Source: Promethearchaeota archaeon (lineage in GTDB: Archaea; Asgardarchaeota; Lokiarchaeia; Sigyniarchaeales; SOKP01). From it: a stretch of DNA of 41,117 nt. This document shows positions 35,220 to 41,117 of this stretch, piece after piece. Location: assembly GCA_048939445.1 (NCBI GenBank), contig JBHLPN010000004.1, forward strand, positions 1-41,117. Reading direction: 5' to 3'. The translations under genes were made by a program, and so were the position numbers. Position 1 is the stretch's first letter. The number at the start of each line of letters is the position of its first letter. Below the pieces are notes generated by a model that made no database searches, was not told the DNA's origin, and saw nothing but the letters and a program-made list of their open reading frames with translations.

Positions 35220-35352
35220 CCCTTTTTAAGCAATTTCAAATAATCAAGATTATTATAGATTTCAAATCTCTAAATTAAATTCAGGTTATTTGTTTCATTT
35301 CCTAGTTCTTCTAAATAACATTTCATTTCCTCTTGCCAAAATTTTCTCATCT

Positions 35353-38142
35353 CTATGGCTGGTTCAGTATTTTAATTTTGATTGTAACGATTACATGTGG
35401 CTCTACTGTTATATCAAGAGTATTATTACTATAAGATTTAATTTTTGCTTTAATTTCATTTATCGGTAGTTCTTCAAGGAAGTTAACAATCTCAGCGTTT
35501 TTTATCAAAATTTTATTGTATAAGGTTAACCTTGCGTTTTGGGATTTAGAAGATATATTGTAAACTCTAATGATTAGAAATTCTCCCTCTTCTGATTTTT
35601 TTAATGCACTTAAAGCTATGTTCTTATTATCAATCTCAAAAAAACTAAAACTGGTTGGGAGATAAGGCTCAAACTTTTTCTTTTTTGGTCTCATCCATAA
35701 GGACATGATACCCGTTGGTTTTAATATAACTTTATCTGAGGTTCTTAAAGGGCTGTGAACCATTAATGGAAATATTAATCTAAGTGGGTTGTTAAACTCC
35801 TTTCCTCTTAAATGGATTTCTGAATTTAACCAGTTTGATTCTGAAGTAGTAATAATTGATAATTCAAATGTATGTTTTCCTAGACACTGCGCACCAGGAG
35901 TATTAAATTCTGGTCCCGCGTGAGACATACGAGTTTTGAAATCATCACGAGATAACCATTCAATGCATCGTAAAAGGGTAATAGCGAAGGTTAAGCTATT
36001 ATCCTCATTTATTTTAGCTTCATATTCTGGTAAACCCCTATTTAATACGGCAAAAGTTCTTGAATCATCACTAACCGAGACAAAATCCTTTTGATGATTT
36101 GTCGGTAAAGGCTTTTGAACCCAGTTATCTGCTTTTGGCAATTTAACTTTTCTCGGAATTACATAAAAATTACTGTCTGCATGAATAATATCTGATTTTA
36201 TCTTAGTAGGAAATAGAACACGAATTCGATGATCTTTGCTATTATTCTCTAGCTCAATCTTAAGATCAATACGTTTAATTCCCTTATATAGAGAGATATA
36301 TATTGTTATTTTATTATCGACAAGCCACTCTTCTCTATTATAACGCTCTTCCGAAAGTGAGTAAGGAAGTTTTAGATTTAATCGTAATTTAAAAGTTTTT
36401 TGAGTTGGTCCATCAATAAAAGTTGATCTTTCAAAAACTGCAGCATCTTCAGTTGTATAAACAAGATCTACTTGATTGTCCCTTGGACCTGAAAAGTCAT
36501 ACTCATCACCCCAATCTCCCATATCCTCAAATTCACAAAAGTTTTCATAAATTATTCCTGATACTTTATCAATTACTTCAATATAACCATTCGGTTTTAT
36601 TTTAATTCGATAAAATTCATTTTCTAAAAAATTTCTTGTAATCTTAAAATCATTATTGCTAAGACTAAATTCATTTGTAGAATCTATTGGAACAATATAA
36701 TATATTTTATAACCTAAAGCAGGTACTTCTGCTAGAAATGTAAATTTATGACTAATATCTGATGTTCTGGTAAATCTAGATTCTTCTTCAACATAATAGT
36801 TCTGATATTCAAGTTCATTTCCATCACAATCAACTAATTTAATATTATAGGGAAAATTCTCACCACCTGTTTTCTGAGCTATATTATTAAATGACACAAT
36901 ATCTTTTCTTTGCCAAGGAAGCGGATTATATACCATTAAAACATTAAGGTCTTTATATTTTGAGTCAGTGTTAATAAGTTCGCTCATATAAGCAATTGAA
37001 TCCTTAAAAACTTCATATCCTATTTGTTCTGCCCAATCGAATCTAGTTTTCATTTCATCATGAACTTCATCTATACTGCAGCCACAGATACTATCGTGGG
37101 GAGCATTCTTTTGGAGCCACTTTAATCCAGTTAAAATATAATCTTTTGGATAAGAAAATTTATTATATTTATCAAGAGCCCAAGAAATTGTAGACGAGGG
37201 TTCCATATATTTTTCATATAAATATTCAATTTCCGTGTTTCTTTGCTTTATCCACATCCTTGCTGAAAAAACACCTGATAATAAGTGAGCAAACTTTCCT
37301 CCTCTTAATTCTCCTTGAAACTCATTTAATTCTGGTTTGCATTCTAAGACTTTATTAATATAATGTTCAAAATCTGCTTGTTCCAAATATTGATCAGGAT
37401 TTAAATCATTCCATTGTTTTATTATTTCTGGAATTTCAGGAACAGCTTCATGATGATCAGAACCATTATTAAGGAGAACATTTGGAGTAGCTATATATTG
37501 CTCAAATTTTTGGATTGTATTCTTAATAGTCCTCAGTGCAGGTTTGTATTCTCCTTTTATTTTTTTTGTATTTAACGATTCTAATGACCCATAACCAAAT
37601 CTTAAGAAAATGGCTAAGGTAGATGCCGCATTTCCAGGTGCGTTCCATATAAACTCCATATTTAAATCTTTTTCCTCAAAATCATTTCCAAAACCTCTCC
37701 AAAACAATATTGAGGGAATATCAAATCCATTCATAATTTGAGGTAATTGTGCTATATGTCCAAAAGGATCAGGGATGTATCCAGCTTTCATAACCCTTCC
37801 AAACTTTCTGCTAATTTTGTGTCCGATCATTAGATTTCTAATCAAAGATTCACCACTAACTAAAAACTCATCAGGGAGTACATACATAGGACCAATAGAT
37901 AACCTCCCTTGTTTCACAAATTTCTTGATCTCTTCTTCTTTTTCAGGTCTTACTTCTAAATAATCTTCTATAGGGATAGTCTGACCATCAAAAGTGAAAT
38001 TTTTGTAATCAGGATCAGTTCTTAGAATATGTAATAATTTATCCATCATAATTACCAGTCTAGCACGAAATTCTTGAAAAGGGAGATACCATTCTCTATC
38101 CCAATGAGTTTCTGGAACAATTGTTATATTATTAGCCTTCAT
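35353..38142 (-). CDS. Glycoside hydrolase family 38 alpha-mannosidase-like protein (cytoplasmic)
   Basis: 929-aa ORF whose N-terminus (ITIVPETHWDREWYLPFQEF) is the GH38 signature. The size is typical of prokaryotic GH38/MngB-like enzymes. There is no signal peptide. Confidence 0.82.
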   Translation of the reverse strand: MKANNITIVPETHWDREWYLPFQEFRARLVIMMDKLLHILRTDPDYKNFTFDGQTIPIEDYLEVRPEKEEEIKKFVKQGRLSIGPMYVLPDEFLVSGESLIRNLMIGHKISRKFGRVMKAGYIPDPFGHIAQLPQIMNGFDIPSILFWRGFGNDFEEKDLNMEFIWNAPGNAASTLAIFLRFGYGSLESLNTKKIKGEYKPALRTIKNTIQKFEQYIATPNVLLNNGSDHHEAVPEIPEIIKQWNDLNPDQYLEQADFEHYINKVLECKPELNEFQGELRGGKFAHLLSGVFSARMWIKQRNTEIEYLYEKYMEPSSTISWALDKYNKFSYPKDYILTGLKWLQKNAPHDSICGCSIDEVHDEMKTRFDWAEQIGYEVFKDSIAYMSELINTDSKYKDLNVLMVYNPLPWQRKDIVSFNNIAQKTGGENFPYNIKLVDCDGNELEYQNYYVEEESRFTRTSDISHKFTFLAEVPALGYKIYYIVPIDSTNEFSLSNNDFKITRNFLENEFYRIKIKPNGYIEVIDKVSGIIYENFCEFEDMGDWGDEYDFSGPRDNQVDLVYTTEDAAVFERSTFIDGPTQKTFKLRLNLKLPYSLSEERYNREEWLVDNKITIYISLYKGIKRIDLKIELENNSKDHRIRVLFPTKIKSDIIHADSNFYVIPRKVKLPKADNWVQKPLPTNHQKDFVSVSDDSRTFAVLNRGLPEYEAKINEDNSLTFAITLLRCIEWLSRDDFKTRMSHAGPEFNTPGAQCLGKHTFELSIITTSESNWLNSEIHLRGKEFNNPLRLIFPLMVHSPLRTSDKVILKPTGIMSLWMRPKKKKFEPYLPTSFSFFEIDNKNIALSALKKSEEGEFLIIRVYNISSKSQNARLTLYNKILIKNAEIVNFLEELPINEIKAKIKSYSNNTLDITVEPHVIVTIKIKILNQP

Positions 38143-38219
38143 CTCAAATATCCTCTAATCAAAAATCCTAACTGATTTTGTTAAAGAACAGTTTAATAAA
38201 AATTTTTTTTGTCAAAAAG

Positions 38220-39746
38220 TCAGAGATAATTTAATACAGAATTTCCAACTACACTTGAATGGGGTTTAATTCCTAGTAAATTCAAGAGAGTGGGAACCAT
38301 ATCTGTTGTTTTACAATATGGCAATTCTATTTTTGGAACTTCTGGCGAACCACCAATGATAAATGGCACGATCATAGATCTTTTTAATCCAATATCATGA
38401 GAAAATGGTGATGCACCTACTGTCTTACCATGTTCATACCCAAAGCTATATTCTCCTAAGGTTGATACCATTATATCGCAAGATCTTGGATTTTTAAAAT
38501 AACGAGGGATTTGATCAATTATAATTGGAAAATCAATATGACTAGTTGCTTCTAACCACTCTTCTATTGTATGAAATTTACCGTCAAGAATTTTTGCTGA
38601 TTTATCATTTTCACTGTATCCATAGAAATCCTTATGTTCAAAGGTGTATTTTGTTTTTTGTTCTTTCCCAAAACTTTGATATTCAATTATTCCATTGATA
38701 GGTGTCATAGATTTGTCATCTCGATATTTAACATGGATTCTTCCTTTTTCTGGTTTATTCTCATCGTCTCTATAATACATAAATTTAACACCAGGAATAT
38801 CCCATAATGTCTTAAATAAATTTAATTCTTTTTTTCCATTGCCACTCGTTTGAAATCTTTCCATTTGTTGAAATGTAGGGTGGTGATGCCAAGTTTCTCC
38901 AGGGAAGTTAAAAAAGCCGATTGAACCAAAATTACAATCAAAATCTCCTGTCCCTTTTTCAGAAACATAAGGGATCAACCCTTTTTGTTGAAAAAATGGT
39001 TCGAGATCAACTATATTATTAGCCTTATAATTACCATGGTCAGTAATTATTGCAACTGCTGTATTATCATGATATCCTGTTGTTTTCAATGTATCTATCA
39101 AGGATCCGATATATTTATCACATTCCACTATTAAATTAATGTAATTTGGGTGGTCAAATCCTAGTTTATGCATAATATCATCCATATGAGGTACATAACC
39201 AACAGTGATCAGTGGTACTTCTTTATTTGAAAAATAGAATCCTGGATTTTTGAAGGCAATTTCAATATTATCAAATATAGGTTTCATATTTAGAAAATTC
39301 TTGGCGAGAGCAAAATAAGCTCCTCGGTATAAGAAACAAGTAGAGCTTAACAAATTTTCATCTGGAACTTGTTCGAAAATAGTCTTAACATTATCGCCAA
39401 TATCTCTATTAATTTTTAATACTTGTCTTCGATCTCCATAATTACGAATAAAAGGAAATTTTTTACTTGTTGAGGGAGGGTCCATTCTGTTAACCCAATG
39501 ATATAAAGGAACTGCACTACCTTCTTTAGGAAAATATCCTGAATAGGAGCCAGTTACAATATTACCGTAGCAAGGGAAAGTTATAGCAGGATAAGAAGTA
39601 ACACAATTTGAGCATGATATACCATTATCTGCAATCTTCTTTATATTTGGAAGTTTTCCTTCACTCATCAAATTAAATATATGTTCAGCACGAATATCAT
39701 CGAGAATAATTAATATTACATGGTTAACTTTAGCGCTACGACTCAT
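38220..39746 (-). CDS. Alkaline-phosphatase-superfamily enzyme, type I phosphodiesterase / nucleotide pyrophosphatase (NPP)-like
   Basis: 508-aa ORF. Motifs are VILIILDDIRAEH, TSYPAITFPCYGNIVTGSY (catalytic Thr context) and VAIITDHGN. There is no signal peptide. Confidence 0.72.
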   Translation of the reverse strand: MSRSAKVNHVILIILDDIRAEHIFNLMSEGKLPNIKKIADNGISCSNCVTSYPAITFPCYGNIVTGSYSGYFPKEGSAVPLYHWVNRMDPPSTSKKFPFIRNYGDRRQVLKINRDIGDNVKTIFEQVPDENLLSSTCFLYRGAYFALAKNFLNMKPIFDNIEIAFKNPGFYFSNKEVPLITVGYVPHMDDIMHKLGFDHPNYINLIVECDKYIGSLIDTLKTTGYHDNTAVAIITDHGNYKANNIVDLEPFFQQKGLIPYVSEKGTGDFDCNFGSIGFFNFPGETWHHHPTFQQMERFQTSGNGKKELNLFKTLWDIPGVKFMYYRDDENKPEKGRIHVKYRDDKSMTPINGIIEYQSFGKEQKTKYTFEHKDFYGYSENDKSAKILDGKFHTIEEWLEATSHIDFPIIIDQIPRYFKNPRSCDIMVSTLGEYSFGYEHGKTVGASPFSHDIGLKRSMIVPFIIGGSPEVPKIELPYCKTTDMVPTLLNLLGIKPHSSVVGNSVLNYL

Positions 39747-39862
39747 TTTTATCTTTGATTTGATAATAATTTATATAAATTTTAATTGAAATATTGTTGT
39801 ATAGAATTTGAATTTTTAATTTTTAAAAATTAACACGTAATATAAAAAATCATAAATCGATA

Positions 39863-40930
39863 ATGAAAACAACCCATAAGCTATATTTCAAAAATTCATC
39901 TGATATGAGTGAGTTAGAATCTAACTCTATAGATTTAATAGTAACTTCACCACCTTATCCTATGATTGAGATGTGGGATCCATTATTTATTTCTCTGAAT
40001 GATGAAATAAAACAAGCTCTTAAAGAAGAAGATAGCAAAAGAGCCTTTAATTTAATGCATGAAGAATTAGATAAAGTTTGGAGTGAAGTGAAACGTGTGT
40101 TAAAACCCGGTGGGATAGCTTGTGTAAATATTGGAGACGCTACAAGAAAAATTGGTGAAAATTTTCAATTATTTCCCAATCATGTTAAAATTTCTAACGC
40201 GTTCCAAAACAACAATTTTATAGAATTACCATGCATCTTATGGAGAAAACCGACAAATAGTCCAAATAAATTCTTAGGTTCTGGGACGTTACCTCCAAAT
40301 GCCTACGTTACTCTTGAACATGAATATATCTTAATTTTCAGAAAAGGGGATATCAAACGATTTATAGCGCCAAAATCTGAAACTAGATATCAAAGTGCCT
40401 TTTTTTGGGAAGAGAGAAATAGATGGTTTTCTGATGTTTGGGAGGATATAAGGGGGATTTCTCAGAATTTGTTAAAGAACAACAATAATCAAATAAAGTT
40501 AAGGGAACGAACTGCAGCTTATCCTTTAAGAATACCATATCGTTTGATCAATATGTTCTCATTATACGATGATTTGGTCTTAGATCCCTTCTGGGGGACA
40601 GGCACAACCTCATTAGCAGCTATGATTTCTGGGAGAAATTCAATTGGGTATGAGATTAACTTTGAATTCTTAGAAATATTCAAGAAGAAATTAAATATCA
40701 TTAAACAATTGAGCTTTGATATTAATAGTAACAGAATCAAGCACCATATCAACTTTATTAAGAAATATATGAATAACTTTAAAAATGTTAAGTATAAATC
40801 TGTTCAATATAAGTTTCCTGTCGTGACAAAGCAGGAGATTGATATAATATTATATTCAATAAAATCTTATAGTGAAAATAAAAATGAATTTATGCTTACA
40901 TATGAAAGATTCGAATTAAAAAATAATTAG
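39863..40930 (+). CDS. Beta-class DNA methyltransferase (N4-cytosine/N6-adenine family, SPPY type)
   Basis: 355-aa ORF. Motif IV (DLIVTSPPYP) is near the N-terminus and motif I (VLDPFWGTGTT) is toward the C-terminus, which is the beta-class circular permutation. An extra C-terminal region of about 90 aa follows. Confidence 0.85.
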   Translation: MKTTHKLYFKNSSDMSELESNSIDLIVTSPPYPMIEMWDPLFISLNDEIKQALKEEDSKRAFNLMHEELDKVWSEVKRVLKPGGIACVNIGDATRKIGENFQLFPNHVKISNAFQNNNFIELPCILWRKPTNSPNKFLGSGTLPPNAYVTLEHEYILIFRKGDIKRFIAPKSETRYQSAFFWEERNRWFSDVWEDIRGISQNLLKNNNNQIKLRERTAAYPLRIPYRLINMFSLYDDLVLDPFWGTGTTSLAAMISGRNSIGYEINFEFLEIFKKKLNIIKQLSFDINSNRIKHHINFIKKYMNNFKNVKYKSVQYKFPVVTKQEIDIILYSIKSYSENKNEFMLTYERFELKNN

Positions 40931-40939
40931 TAGATCTTA

Positions 40940-41117
40940 CTAAAACTGTGATCCTAGAAATTTATAAGCAATGTATAAAAAGGCCTCTTCTACATTTTCA
41001 CCGGTTTTAGCAGAAGTCATGATATAATGAATCTTATACTTGTCAGCTATTCTTTTCAAATCTGATTCTGTAATTTGAATTTGTTCAGTTAAATCTGATT
41101 TATTCCCAATTAAAATT
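40940..41117 (-). CDS. Ras-superfamily (Rab/Ras-like) small GTPase, C-terminal fragment. The 5' part lies beyond the window.
   Basis: Not in the ORF track. Hand translation gives ILIGNKSDLTEQIQITESDLKRIADKYKIHYIMTSAKTGENVEEAFLYIAYKFLGSQF*. It has G4 (NKSD) and G5 (TSAK) motifs with correct spacing. The stop TAG is the complement of 40940..40942. Confidence 0.75.
   Translation of the reverse strand, partial: ILIGNKSDLTEQIQITESDLKRIADKYKIHYIMTSAKTGENVEEAFLYIAYKFLGSQF

Noticed and set aside
35220-35352. A 26-codon minus-strand ORF (MRKFWQEEMKCYLEELGNETNNLNLI) in the gap between GH38 and GGR.
   Set aside because: It is too short, has no SD or conserved features, and sits where the GGR promoter is expected. 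It cannot be supported from sequence alone.
791-40752. About 22 short ORFs (60-100 aa) in the supplied track lie inside longer genes, antisense or out of frame. Examples: 791..1009, 1914..2120, 4250..4450, 5989..6255, 8024..8242, 9048..9239, 10923..11105, 12033..12335, 13141..13326, 13471..13683, 15498..15755, 15855..16046, 19309..19545, 19338..19535, 25844..26053, 27505..27693, 28405..28656, 30434..30628, 30771..30968, 36423..36605, 37775..37963, 40519..40752.
   Set aside because: Each is fully embedded in a longer ORF that has clear family motifs. Their translations are low-complexity (I/L/F/S-rich), typical of shadow frames in AT-rich DNA. None has an independent start context.
39863-41117. 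The methyltransferase as part of a complete restriction-modification or other defence island.
   Set aside because: No endonuclease, specificity subunit, helicase/nuclease or other defence-type gene is adjacent within the window. Only an orphan methyltransferase can be supported.

Overview
AT-rich archaeal chromosomal segment. The gene content is archaeal isoprenoid and ether-lipid enzymes plus a Roadblock/LC7 protein and a Ras/Rab-like GTPase fragment. This suggests an Asgard (Lokiarchaeia-like) genome, but that is inference only. I support 30 protein-coding genes. Three are absent from the supplied ORF track: a 401-codon edge-truncated surface-protein paralog at 1..1205(-), a 57-aa Cys-rich ORF at 8479..8652(-), and a small-GTPase 3' fragment at 40940..41117(-). 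I saw no rRNA, tRNA, CRISPR array, transposase or integrase. Layout: (i) 1-7.6 kb holds three very large sequon-rich membrane-anchored surface proteins sharing a C-terminal TM plus KYPPxVRKIRKLxKKVRK tail. (ii) 7.6-20 kb holds an SDR, Roadblock/LC7, a beta-helix surface protein, two tandem MBL hydrolases, a longin-like plus coiled-coil protein, a GCS2-type ligase plus amidohydrolase pair, and a 625-aa unknown. (iii) 19.9-35.2 kb is an unusually complete isoprenoid supercluster: uppS, HMG-CoA synthase, ubiX, class II HMG-CoA reductase, UbiD-like decarboxylase, AcnX large and small subunits, an MDD-family decarboxylase, mevalonate kinase, an IPK-IDI2 fusion, a prenyl-diphosphate synthase and geranylgeranyl reductase. 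(iv) 35.3-41.1 kb holds a GH38 mannosidase, an NPP/AlkP-family enzyme, an orphan beta-class DNA methyltransferase and the GTPase fragment. The most interesting observation is in mevalonate kinase. A 31-nt stop-containing insert (29936..29966) interrupts the invariant GE|H motif exactly. By hand folding it sits in a bulge-helix-bulge-like structure whose canonical cut sites match the junctions needed to restore the protein, so it is a candidate archaeal mRNA intron. Also notable: the AcnX/UbiD archaeal mevalonate route and an MDD-family decarboxylase share one operon, and IPK is fused to type-2 IDI. All folding, alignments and family calls were done by eye from motifs, with no searches.
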